DNA of 32,000 nucleotides, taken from Pseudodesulfovibrio piezophilus C1TLV30 (GTDB lineage Bacteria > Desulfobacterota > Desulfovibrionia > Desulfovibrionales > Desulfovibrionaceae). The DNA lies in the NCBI RefSeq assembly GCF_000341895.1, contig NC_020409.1:2550001-2582000 (forward strand), read 5' to 3'. Under the pieces are notes generated by a model. The model saw only the letters and a program-made list of their open reading frames with translations. It was not told where the DNA came from and ran no database searches. Position 1 is the first letter of the stretch. Each line of letters begins with the position of its first letter. A program made the translations under genes and the position numbers. This document shows, in pieces, positions 24,112-32,000 of the stretch.

Positions 24112-24327
24112 GATAAAAAAATCTTGGCAAAAAGCTTGTTTTATTAAGAAAAGTTAATGGAATATATTCCCTGTAGCCTGTTTTAAGAGAAATTCGGGAA
24201 AAAAGATCCTGTGCGAGAGAGTGCCTCTTTGCATCCATTCTTTCTTGCCATGTACCCGAAGCATGGGTAGGGTTGCCCCGACTTTGAGTCCTGTGACATG
24301 AAACCAGTAACGAACGGAGATTATGAT

Positions 24328-24870
24328 ATGAAGCGGATCACTACCCTGCTTGGAGCAACTTTGCTCGGCCTCATGCTTCTTGCCGGTTGCAATCAGCAGT
24401 CCGCAAGCATCACCATTGGCGTGGTCGACGAAGCCGCAGCCTTTCAAAAGAACCAGGCAGCAGCCAAGGCCATGACCTACCTTCAGGAACTTGGCGCACC
24501 TCTCCAGAAAAAGGCTGAAGCCGCTTATAAGGCTATGCAGGCGGAACAGAATGATGAAAACGTAGCCGCTTACAAGGCTGCCATGGGCGATTTGCAGGGC
24601 GTCATGAACGGCGAACAGCAGCGTATTGTTGCACTGATCGATGCCAAGTTCAAAGAAGTGCTTGAGAACTACCGCACGGAAAAAGGGCTGACCCTGATTC
24701 TGACCAAGGAATCTGTCGTTTCTGCAGCTGACACCGTTGATATTACCGACGATATCGTTGCCGCCATGGATAAGCTCGAACTGGACTTCTCCAAGCCTGA
24801 AGCTCCGGCTGCTCCTGAGGCAGCAACTCCTGCTCCCGAAGCTCCTGCCAAGGAAGAAGGCAAAGAATAG
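24328..24870 (+). CDS. OmpH/Skp-family periplasmic chaperone (lipoprotein form)
   Basis: The ATG at 24328 follows a GGAG RBS. The signal peptide carries an LLAGC lipobox. The body is Ala/Lys/Gln-rich and helical, beginning IGVVDEAAAFQKNQ, which is typical of OmpH. The tail is Pro/Ala/Glu-rich. Confidence 0.8.
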   Translation: MKRITTLLGATLLGLMLLAGCNQQSASITIGVVDEAAAFQKNQAAAKAMTYLQELGAPLQKKAEAAYKAMQAEQNDENVAAYKAAMGDLQGVMNGEQQRIVALIDAKFKEVLENYRTEKGLTLILTKESVVSAADTVDITDDIVAAMDKLELDFSKPEAPAAPEAATPAPEAPAKEEGKE

Positions 24871-24896
24871 TTTCTGCCTCATTCGGATTATGAAAT

Positions 24897-24929
24897 AAAA
24901 GGCCTGTTCGCAATGCGAACAGGCCTTTT
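24897..24929. terminator. Bidirectional Rho-independent terminator (skp / hpt convergent pair)
   Basis: AAAAGGCCTGTTCGC-AAT-GCGAACAGGCCTTTT is a perfect 15-bp stem. It is flanked by A-runs upstream and T-runs downstream. Confidence 0.85.
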
Positions 24930-24950
24930 ATTTCATCGGGAAGGAGAAAA

Positions 24951-25295
24951 TCAGCCTTGGCTGAAAGTCTTCATTTCTTCATGAGCTTTATCCAGTTTGA
25001 CAGTAAATTCGGAAAAGTGCGTTTTGGTGGTTTCCAGGTCATTCTCTCTGGCTGAATTCTCCATGAGAAGTGCGACATCAACAAGAGGCTTGGCTCTCAC
25101 CACGCCACACATGCCTTTCAACGAGTGTGCAAGTTTGGAGGCTTTCTCTGCATCGTTTTCATCCAGAGCCTGGGCCAGTGCTTTCTTGCGTTCAGGGCTG
25201 TCTTCCATGAATGCGCCCAGCAGTTCATGCGCAAGTTCTTCATCGCCAGCAAGGCTTTGCAAAAATTGATGTGAGTCGAATATCGAGTCAGTCAT
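24951..25295 (-). CDS. Hpt (histidine phosphotransfer) domain protein
   Basis: Carries the AHSLKGMCGVV phospho-His motif. The ATG at 25295 sits 4 nt after GGAGAG. An alternative start at 25307 has no RBS. Confidence 0.85.
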   Translation of the reverse strand: MTDSIFDSHQFLQSLAGDEELAHELLGAFMEDSPERKKALAQALDENDAEKASKLAHSLKGMCGVVRAKPLVDVALLMENSARENDLETTKTHFSEFTVKLDKAHEEMKTFSQG

Positions 25296-25371
25296 TATGC
25301 TCTCCATTTAATGTCTGGTATGGATGCCTGAGTGGTATCATTCCTGTTAGGTCAATGGAAGTGTTATAACG

Positions 25372-26508
25372 TTATATAATAAGCTCTTCGTATATTTCTT
25401 CATAATGTCTGACCACATGGGAGAGAGTGAATTTTTTTTCGATGTGTTCGCGGGCACGCCTGCCGAGCCGCTCCCGCTCCGAGGGCGACAGCCTGCAGAG
25501 GCGGAGAATGGCCTCAGCCAGTTGCTCTGCATCAGAGGGTGGAATGACTGTTCCTGTTTTCCCTACCAGGAGAGCCGAATCGCCCACATCCGTGACGATA
25601 TTCACGGTTCCACATGCCATGGATTCTCCTACGACATTGGGAAAGCTCTCCCCAATGGATGATGAGACATGGATATCCATGGCTGCCATCAGGCGTGGGA
25701 TATCCCGGCGTTGGCCGAGCAGACGAACGCGATCTGGGGGAAGTCCTGCTTCGGCTATCCATGCCGCAACTTCGAGGTTGTCATGGTCCATGCCGCGTCC
25801 TATCAGCAGCACAGTGGCATCGCATGACGCGACAACTCGTCCTGCGGCCATGATCATGGTTCGCTGATCCTTCATGGTATCAAACCTTGCGACATTGCCG
25901 ACAAGGAGAGTGGAGTCGCTCAAGGATAATTCGGCCCTCACGCTTGGCGAGGCTGTGATATCAGGAGCCATGGTTATGGTGTCAAAGCCATTGGGGATGA
26001 CTTCGAAGCGACGAGGAGTGTAGCCCAACTGCATGTGAAATCGCCTGGCTTCGTGGGAGTTGGTCAGGATCGCATCAGGGAATGAAGACAATGCCGCACA
26101 CGCCCTGAGTGTGATGCCGGTCATGCGCCGGTATTCATCCAGAGCCATGAAAGAGCATCGAATATTCCAAACGACTTTTGGACGTTTTCCTTTTGGAAAG
26201 GCCAGCCGCGTGGCAATCAATCCTGCCAGATCTGCATGATAGAGCCATGTTTGAATCACCTCCGGCCGCCATGAGCGAATCAGACGCATCAGACGAAGCA
26301 ATCCCATGGGAGAAGGTATCCCGCGTTTCATTCCCAGTCCTTCGACCATGAATCCGGCCTCGCGGAGTCGGTCTCCCATTGGACCGGGGTCAAGAAGGCT
26401 GACCACACGGGATGTAAAGCGTTCACGATCCATCCCTGTCATGAGGCGGAAGAGCATTGTCTCTGCGCCACCGACATCGAGGCCTGTAATGATATGCAGA
26501 ATTTTCAT
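25372..26508 (-). CDS. Glycosyltransferase, family 4 (GT-B fold)
   Basis: 378 aa. The N-terminus is MKILHIITGLDVGGAETMLFRL. The C-terminal half has the E-x7-E-type region (SSIGESFPNVVGESMACG) typical of GT4 enzymes. Confidence 0.85.
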   Translation of the reverse strand: MKILHIITGLDVGGAETMLFRLMTGMDRERFTSRVVSLLDPGPMGDRLREAGFMVEGLGMKRGIPSPMGLLRLMRLIRSWRPEVIQTWLYHADLAGLIATRLAFPKGKRPKVVWNIRCSFMALDEYRRMTGITLRACAALSSFPDAILTNSHEARRFHMQLGYTPRRFEVIPNGFDTITMAPDITASPSVRAELSLSDSTLLVGNVARFDTMKDQRTMIMAAGRVVASCDATVLLIGRGMDHDNLEVAAWIAEAGLPPDRVRLLGQRRDIPRLMAAMDIHVSSSIGESFPNVVGESMACGTVNIVTDVGDSALLVGKTGTVIPPSDAEQLAEAILRLCRLSPSERERLGRRAREHIEKKFTLSHVVRHYEEIYEELII

Positions 26509-26638
26509 GGCAAATGTTCTAGCCTGGGTTGGCGAGGTTTCTCAGCCCCTACCATCATCTCTCGTGAAAAACCAGCCGGAGCGATTTCGGTTTTTTGGTC
26601 TCCGGCCAAGATCGGGGTGGTGCTTTGGATCACGCCTC

Positions 26639-28096
26639 TCAATGCCAGACATTGGAGCTCATGAAAAGGACAGCGCCGAAAAGTGTGATCCCGGCCGCTC
26701 CACACAGGGAAAGGGCTGCGTAAAGGACATTGAAAAATTTTCGGTTGACCCCGGAGACCGTGAGCGTGGCACTTCGTGCGGCCACGGCGGCCCAGGCAAA
26801 GAGTGTGGTGGTCAGTCCCATTCCTATGGCCATACTGATTATGGCACCCATGCCTGCCCAGAGAATATCCTGTCCGATGGAAAAGGCGAGGATGACTGCC
26901 GCGCCGGGGCAGGGGATCAAGCCGGTGATGAACGAGACGAGCAGGACACTTCGCAAATGCGGTTTGGCAGGAGTGTCACTCTTTCCTGTCCCGCATGGTG
27001 CTTCCATGAGAATTCCCCCACGGAAGATATCCCGGACAGCCTTGATCAACAGGCAGAGTCCCATGATACCAAGAAGAGCGTAACTGGCCGGTTGAAGAGC
27101 TCGACTGGCAGCGGCAAACCCGCCCATGCCGGTGGAGAAAACAAGGTATGCGGCACCGACGGCCACGGCTGCAGACCCCATATGGACGAAAGTGATGGTG
27201 TTGCCCATGATGGCACCGGAAAGGAACGTGCCAGGGTTGGAAAGAAAATACGAGCAGACAACGGTTTTTCCATGTCCGGGGCCAATGGCGTGGACTATCC
27301 CGTATAAGAAGGAAAAGCCGAGGAACATCCAGAGAGCAGAGCCTATGGGCGTCTTTCGAATCTCCATACCAAAGCCGTTGAGCTTCAGGGTGAGTATCTT
27401 CTGGATATCCCGGACTCTGGTCATCAGGTGTTCGATGGGGCCGGGGCTGTCTTCTTCAGCAGAAACGGCAGGGAGGGACGGGACATCTCCGGGTGTGCCG
27501 GAGACAGAAAGGTGAACCGCCTCGGGAACAATGAATTGCCAGTATGTATGGTCTTTGGCAGGGCGAATAACGTGGCTGACCTGCACCATGCCGTCGATTT
27601 CAAAACGTATTTCGTCCTTGAGCAGCAAAATGTCAGTATAATATTCCTCGTCAAACACCGCGACGCGGAAAGCATGAATTGTCTTGATCGGCAGATGCAG
27701 AGGAATCGTGAAATCGTAAATGAGACGCCCCTCATTGACGGATGCTTTGAAATTTTCCGGGTGCTGGACCGGAAGCTGCTTCCCGTTATTCTCGATGAAA
27801 GTGAAGTACTTGTAATTGGCAAGGTAGGCAAAAGCACCATCTTTGATGGTTGCCTGTCCCTCGGGTGTTGCGAGAAGCGTAGGCGTCAAGTTCAGGTCTG
27901 AAAGTATCGCATTGCTGAAGATTTCGTCAAAAGTCCAGTTCTGCCTGATTGCGGCCAAGCCAGAGTCGTCCAGAACAAATGTTAGAGCTGCATCCACATA
28001 GACATGGGGATGAGCCGAAGCGTTTGAAACTATGAAGGATGTTCCCAAGGTTGCCCATATGATAAAAATCAGGGTCGCTTTTCTGAATTGGTTCAT
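26639..28096 (-). CDS. Fused DUF1007 periplasmic domain + NicO-type nickel/cobalt transporter
   Basis: After a signal peptide comes AHPHVYVDAALTFVLDDSGLAAIRQNWTFDEIFS, the DUF1007 hallmark. The C-terminal multi-TM half carries the HAIGPGHGKTVV motif of NicO/RcnA-type transporters. Confidence 0.8.
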   Translation of the reverse strand: MNQFRKATLIFIIWATLGTSFIVSNASAHPHVYVDAALTFVLDDSGLAAIRQNWTFDEIFSNAILSDLNLTPTLLATPEGQATIKDGAFAYLANYKYFTFIENNGKQLPVQHPENFKASVNEGRLIYDFTIPLHLPIKTIHAFRVAVFDEEYYTDILLLKDEIRFEIDGMVQVSHVIRPAKDHTYWQFIVPEAVHLSVSGTPGDVPSLPAVSAEEDSPGPIEHLMTRVRDIQKILTLKLNGFGMEIRKTPIGSALWMFLGFSFLYGIVHAIGPGHGKTVVCSYFLSNPGTFLSGAIMGNTITFVHMGSAAVAVGAAYLVFSTGMGGFAAASRALQPASYALLGIMGLCLLIKAVRDIFRGGILMEAPCGTGKSDTPAKPHLRSVLLVSFITGLIPCPGAAVILAFSIGQDILWAGMGAIISMAIGMGLTTTLFAWAAVAARSATLTVSGVNRKFFNVLYAALSLCGAAGITLFGAVLFMSSNVWH

Positions 28097-28280
28097 GCGG
28101 GTTTTTAGAGTTTCCTTGTCGGTATGGCAAGCCTCCTTCTCTTCATCATGGGCGATTTTTGCTTCTTTCTTGTCGAGAAGAAGTGATGTACGGCGGAAAA
28201 CGCCTTGTCAAATCGATGTGTTCGTCATACGGTTAAATACTCTCAAAATCGTATAAAATAGGCTTGGCGATACATTGAAA

Positions 28281-29024
28281 ATGAAAAGAGGTGCCCGACG
28301 GGCATGGATATCCAGTCTGTTCTTGTTGACAGTCTTGGCTGTTTTTTCGGCCTCTTCGGTGCATGCCGAATCCGTGAGTGCTGCCACCGTGGCAGAAGCC
28401 CCCTATGGTTTTCTTGCAGGAGGCCATATGGCAGGGATGGCTTTTGATGCGGTGAATCTCATCGCGCGTGAAGCCGGTTATACCCCGACCAATTCTTTGG
28501 TCACGAGGCATAAGGCATTGGCAATGCTGACGACCGGAACAGTGGATATGGTCTGTTTGCCTCCTGACTCTGATGTCGGGGAAGGTGTGGTGAGCCTTGG
28601 CCCTGTCTTTACAGTGGATATAATTGCCGTGGCTCGGGCTGGAAGCGCTCTTCGGTCGATGAAGGACATGCGCGGAAAGCGGGTCGCCGTTGTTCGTGAT
28701 GCGCCTTACCACCAGATAGTTTCCAGAAAGAACGGCATGATTCCCTATCTTGTGAAAGATATGGCCCGAGGATTAAAACTCTTGGTGTCAGGGCAGGTTG
28801 AATGTGTTGTCGGGACCAGGGCGGGTGTGCTGTTCGGTGTTTCCGGTGCGGGCCTTCCCAAAAGGGCATTGGGGCATCCGTTGCTCCTTTCCCAGGGAGA
28901 GGTCATACTCTTTCTTTCGAGGCGAGCTGCGTCGACACCAATGCGACAGCGGATTGCAGAAGCTCTCGCTCGACTGCGGCAGAACGAAGATTTCGCGCGG
29001 CTGCTGGTAAAATATATGCTATAA
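28281..29024 (+). CDS. Periplasmic substrate-binding protein (family 3-like)
   Basis: Signal peptide ...LAVFSASSVHA. Size and pattern (GYTPT...L..G.VDMV; KGKRVAVVRD) fit amino-acid-type SBPs. The ATG is at 28281 (the track start at 28275 is a TTG). Confidence 0.7.
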   Translation: MKRGARRAWISSLFLLTVLAVFSASSVHAESVSAATVAEAPYGFLAGGHMAGMAFDAVNLIAREAGYTPTNSLVTRHKALAMLTTGTVDMVCLPPDSDVGEGVVSLGPVFTVDIIAVARAGSALRSMKDMRGKRVAVVRDAPYHQIVSRKNGMIPYLVKDMARGLKLLVSGQVECVVGTRAGVLFGVSGAGLPKRALGHPLLLSQGEVILFLSRRAASTPMRQRIAEALARLRQNEDFARLLVKYML

Positions 29025-29122
29025 CGTGGGTGACACGCTCAGGGGTATTGTGTAGAAATATCCAAAACTGGAGATCCGGTCACCTCACCGGTCTTTGATC
29101 GATGCTCCCCTTGGGATAATAC

Positions 29123-31051
29123 ATGAGTCCAGATCAGAAAAATAGGCGTCCCTTCTTCACAAATAGGTCCATATCCAGGGACCTGACATTTAGTCTGGTG
29201 GTTATTGTCCTGGTTGTGGCGACGACCATGGGCGGCTATATATACTGGCAGCAGACAGAAGAGATGTGGACCACAGCAGAAGAGAAGGGAGAGGATACGA
29301 TCACCAGTGTGGCCGAAATTCTGGCCGTGCCTATCTGGAATCTTGACTACGACAATGCCCGACTTATCGGCTCCGTCTATACCCACGATGACATGGTGCA
29401 GGGTATCCGGATTTACGGTTCACGTAATGAGGTCGTCTTTGCCCACGAAAAATTTTCCGGGTCTCAGGCGGATTTCAGCAAGGTTCGTTCCATAGTTTTT
29501 GAAGGTCGTACCATTGGCCGTGCTGAAATAGATTTTACCATGGCTAAGGACAAGAAACGACTGAACGAACAGATGATCGTTTCCAGCATGATCATTGTGG
29601 TTGCCATTTCCGTGATCCTGGCTATTACCGGACTTCTTCTCAGGGTTTTTCTCAATAAACCCCTCCATGTATTGCAAAAGGGCATAGCCCGCGTTGCCAA
29701 AGGAGACTTCTCCTATGAGTTTGGGGAAGTGTATCATGCCGAATTGCTCGAAATCGCCAAACGATTCCGCCGCATGTCCGCTGAAATCGAGGCCAGGGAG
29801 AAAAAACTTCAGGCCATGAACAAGACATTGCAGGAGGCCGAGGAAAAATATCGAGGGATTTTCGAAAATGCCATTGAAGGTATTTTCCAGGCCACTCCGG
29901 ATGGTGTCTTGCGCAGAGCCAACCCGGCCATGGCCAGAATTTTCGGGTATGATTCCCTGGATGAATTTCTCTCCAATGTCCGTTCTCTCGGGTCTCGTAT
30001 CATGGTTAACCCCGATTCCATGCAGGATTTTTATGAGCAGGTCCGTGAGCAGGGAGAAGTCAAACGGTTTGAGGCAGAGTATTACCGTCGTGACGGGAAG
30101 ACCATATGGGGGTCTCTCAATGCGCGTGCCATCTATGACGAATCGGGTGAGTTGGTCTTTATTGAAGGTATTCTCGAAGACATTACGGACCGTAAGAAGG
30201 CTGAACACGATCTGGCAGATCTCAATAGGCACTTGGAGCAGTTAATCCGGGAACGAACTGAAGATCTGGTCAATAAAGCGCGTGAACTGGAAGAGGCAAA
30301 CCAGCGATTACGGGAACTGGATGAGATGAAATCCGCATTTCTTTCATCGGTTTCACATGAATTACGGACCCCGCTTACCTCTATTCTCGGGTTTTCCAAA
30401 TTGTTGCATAAAGAGTTCGCCAAAAATTATCTGCCGCTTGCTGGCGAAAATATCCCGTTATTGAAAAAAGGTGAACGTATTCAGGAGAACCTGGCGATCA
30501 TCAGTCATGAAGGGGCCAGGCTTACTCGGCTCATCAATGACGTCCTTGATCTGAACAAGATCGAGTCAGGGAGTATGGGCTGGCGCGATGAAAGACTGGA
30601 TATGAATGAGACCATTGATATGGCTGTTCAGGCAGTTTCCGGTATGTTTACCCACAGTTCTGAAATAGAACTGCTGACTGAGATTGAGCAGGGACTTCCT
30701 GCAGTGGAGGCCGATTCTGATCGCCTGCAACAGGTACTGATCAATTTATTGAATAATGCCGCGAAGTTTACAGAAGAGGGAAGCGTTGTTGTGCGTGCGT
30801 TTCCCCGGTTCGGGCAGGTTCGTATCGAGGTTGCTGATACCGGGCTCGGTATTCCTCCGGAAGACCAGACACAAATTTTCGAAAAATTTCACCAGACCCG
30901 TTCTGATACCATGGAAGACAAACCCAGGGGCACTGGCTTGGGGCTGACAATCTGCCGCGAAATTGTTGAGCATTATGGTGGCAGGATATGGGTCGAATCT
31001 GAAAGGGATAAAGGATCAACCTTTATCTTCACCCTCCCTACGGTTCAGTAA
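29123..31051 (+). CDS. Sensor histidine kinase (2 TM, HAMP, PAS, HisKA, HATPase_c)
   Basis: 642 aa. There are two TM segments around a ~130-aa periplasmic loop. A PAS region begins YRGIFENAIEGIFQATPDG. The H-box is SHELRTPLTSILGF. N and G boxes are present (LINLLNNAAKF, DTGLGIP, GTGLGLTICREIV). Confidence 0.9.
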   Translation: MSPDQKNRRPFFTNRSISRDLTFSLVVIVLVVATTMGGYIYWQQTEEMWTTAEEKGEDTITSVAEILAVPIWNLDYDNARLIGSVYTHDDMVQGIRIYGSRNEVVFAHEKFSGSQADFSKVRSIVFEGRTIGRAEIDFTMAKDKKRLNEQMIVSSMIIVVAISVILAITGLLLRVFLNKPLHVLQKGIARVAKGDFSYEFGEVYHAELLEIAKRFRRMSAEIEAREKKLQAMNKTLQEAEEKYRGIFENAIEGIFQATPDGVLRRANPAMARIFGYDSLDEFLSNVRSLGSRIMVNPDSMQDFYEQVREQGEVKRFEAEYYRRDGKTIWGSLNARAIYDESGELVFIEGILEDITDRKKAEHDLADLNRHLEQLIRERTEDLVNKARELEEANQRLRELDEMKSAFLSSVSHELRTPLTSILGFSKLLHKEFAKNYLPLAGENIPLLKKGERIQENLAIISHEGARLTRLINDVLDLNKIESGSMGWRDERLDMNETIDMAVQAVSGMFTHSSEIELLTEIEQGLPAVEADSDRLQQVLINLLNNAAKFTEEGSVVVRAFPRFGQVRIEVADTGLGIPPEDQTQIFEKFHQTRSDTMEDKPRGTGLGLTICREIVEHYGGRIWVESERDKGSTFIFTLPTVQ

Positions 31052-31165
31052 CCTCTACTGGCTGCTGATACTTCTCAACCCGAACATTCCGCTGGGTGCT
31101 CAAGGGAGCGTGCCCCTCTCTTTCAGATATCTTCTGTCCGGGGGGGAGCTTCTTTCAAGAATGAG

Positions 31166-32000
31166 CTAGCCTTTCTTACCGGTTCCTGAGCATCGGCGGA
31201 CGGCCTGTGCCATGGTTTGTCGTGGCGATGAGTCGTCAAAGTTGGCTCGCTGCCAGATAAGTTCTTCTGCCTTTTCTTTCGACAGAGGCTTGTGGAAATA
31301 GAACCCTTGGACGCTTTGGCAGTTGAGGTCTATCAGTGAACAAAGCTGTTCCTCTTCCTCCACACCTTCGGCAATGACGTCGAGGTCCAGAGAATGAGCA
31401 AGAGCGATAACAGCCTTGACGATTTCCATGTTTTCAGGGTCGGACTTCATACGCGAGATGAACGATCGATCAACCTTGAGCGTGTCCACCGGCAGTTGTT
31501 GCAGTTGCGAGAGTGATGAGTAACCGGTCCCAAAGTCGTCAATGGAGAAGTGCACCCCCTGCTTACGGAGCCGTTCAAGGATGCGTACGGCAGCTTCCGG
31601 GTTCTCGAGGATCGTGGATTCCGTGATTTCGAGCTTGAGAGCCTCGGGCGGGAGGTTGGCATCATGGAGAGCCTTCATGACGATCTTGTCCAGCTCCAGG
31701 CGGGCGAATTGTTTGCTGGAGATATTGACAGAGATGAAAAGTCCCGTTGCTCCGATGGATGCTTTGCGCCAGTCCGCCAGTGTTTTTATGGAGGTGCGCA
31801 GGACCCATTCTCCCAAGGGAAGAATCATTCCTGATTCTTCGGCCATGGGAATGAATTCCGATGGGGATATGGCTCCCCGAATCGGATGGTTCCAGCGGGC
31901 AAGTGCCTCGAAGCCCATAAGATCCTCTCCCCGCAAATCCATGATCGGCTGGAAGACAACAAAAAATTCTCCGGATTCCAGGCCGCGCCGCATATCATTT
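31166..32000 (-). CDS. EAL-domain (c-di-GMP phosphodiesterase) protein, C-terminal part; the N-terminus lies beyond the window end
   Basis: EAL-domain motifs are present: FVVFQPIMDL, GFEALARW, LKLEITES, SIDDFGTGYSSL and EGVE. The frame stays open to position 32000. Confidence 0.9.
   Translation of the reverse strand, partial: NDMRRGLESGEFFVVFQPIMDLRGEDLMGFEALARWNHPIRGAISPSEFIPMAEESGMILPLGEWVLRTSIKTLADWRKASIGATGLFISVNISSKQFARLELDKIVMKALHDANLPPEALKLEITESTILENPEAAVRILERLRKQGVHFSIDDFGTGYSSLSQLQQLPVDTLKVDRSFISRMKSDPENMEIVKAVIALAHSLDLDVIAEGVEEEEQLCSLIDLNCQSVQGFYFHKPLSKEKAEELIWQRANFDDSSPRQTMAQAVRRCSGTGKKG

Noticed and set aside
24124-24139. Plus-strand TTGGCAAAAAGCTTGT, a sigma54-like element pointing toward skp.
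   Set aside because: It lacks the -12 GC (TTGT instead of TTGC). The exact consensus lies on the opposite strand at 24097-24111 and serves flgE.
24154-24882. A 242-aa minus-strand ORF.
   Set aside because: It is antisense to the skp/ompH gene. It would run through the flgE sigma54 promoter region and has a Phe/Leu/Gly/Cys-rich shadow-frame composition.
28097-28280. The leader of the Ni/Co transporter gene was examined for a cobalamin or NiCo riboswitch.
   Set aside because: It has no B12-box-like GCCACTG core and no extended conserved helices. Only a 6-bp hairpin (CTTCTT/AAGAAG) is visible.
1-32000. The whole window was scanned for CRISPR arrays, rRNA or tRNA genes, IS elements or transposases, and integrases.
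   Set aside because: There are no regularly spaced direct repeats with unique spacers. No cloverleaf-capable segments were seen. No ORF carries DDE, tyrosine-recombinase or serine-recombinase hallmarks.

Overview
This is a chromosomal window from a flagellated bacterium. The proteins look Desulfovibrio-like, but that is only a guess and cannot be verified here.

The right part (about 19.5-32 kb) is ordinary host DNA:
- a TPR protein, PfkB kinase and small Cys-protein operon
- a solitary flgE behind a consensus sigma54 promoter
- Skp/OmpH, Hpt and a GT4 glycosyltransferase
- a fused DUF1007-NicO nickel/cobalt transporter
- a substrate-binding protein next to a PAS histidine kinase
- a partial EAL protein

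The left 19.5 kb is unusual. It holds four intact, translationally coupled minus-strand modules of T7-like podovirus morphogenesis genes:
- head: portal and a scaffold-like protein
- packaging: TerL
- lysis-like: a holin-like pair
- tail: a gp12-like nozzle, a gp17-N-like fibre, a LamG/SPRY fibre and a fibre chaperone

These modules are not contiguous. Plus-strand genes separate them:
- housekeeping-type genes (dus, cyclase, EamA transporter, slyX)
- a TPR lipoprotein
- a 728-aa, almost lysine-free Asn/Asp/Ser/Thr repeat protein with its own promoter and terminator

I see no integrase, repressor, replication genes, major capsid, small terminase or endolysin. Three of the four modules are preceded by the same ~93-nt array of helically phased GGGTG-type repeats, flanked by GGTTTG elements at conserved spacing.

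My best reading is a co-regulated, domesticated phage-derived particle system (GTA-like). A scrambled prophage remnant is the alternative.

I found no rRNA, tRNA, CRISPR or IS element. All family calls come from recognising motifs by eye; no database search was possible.
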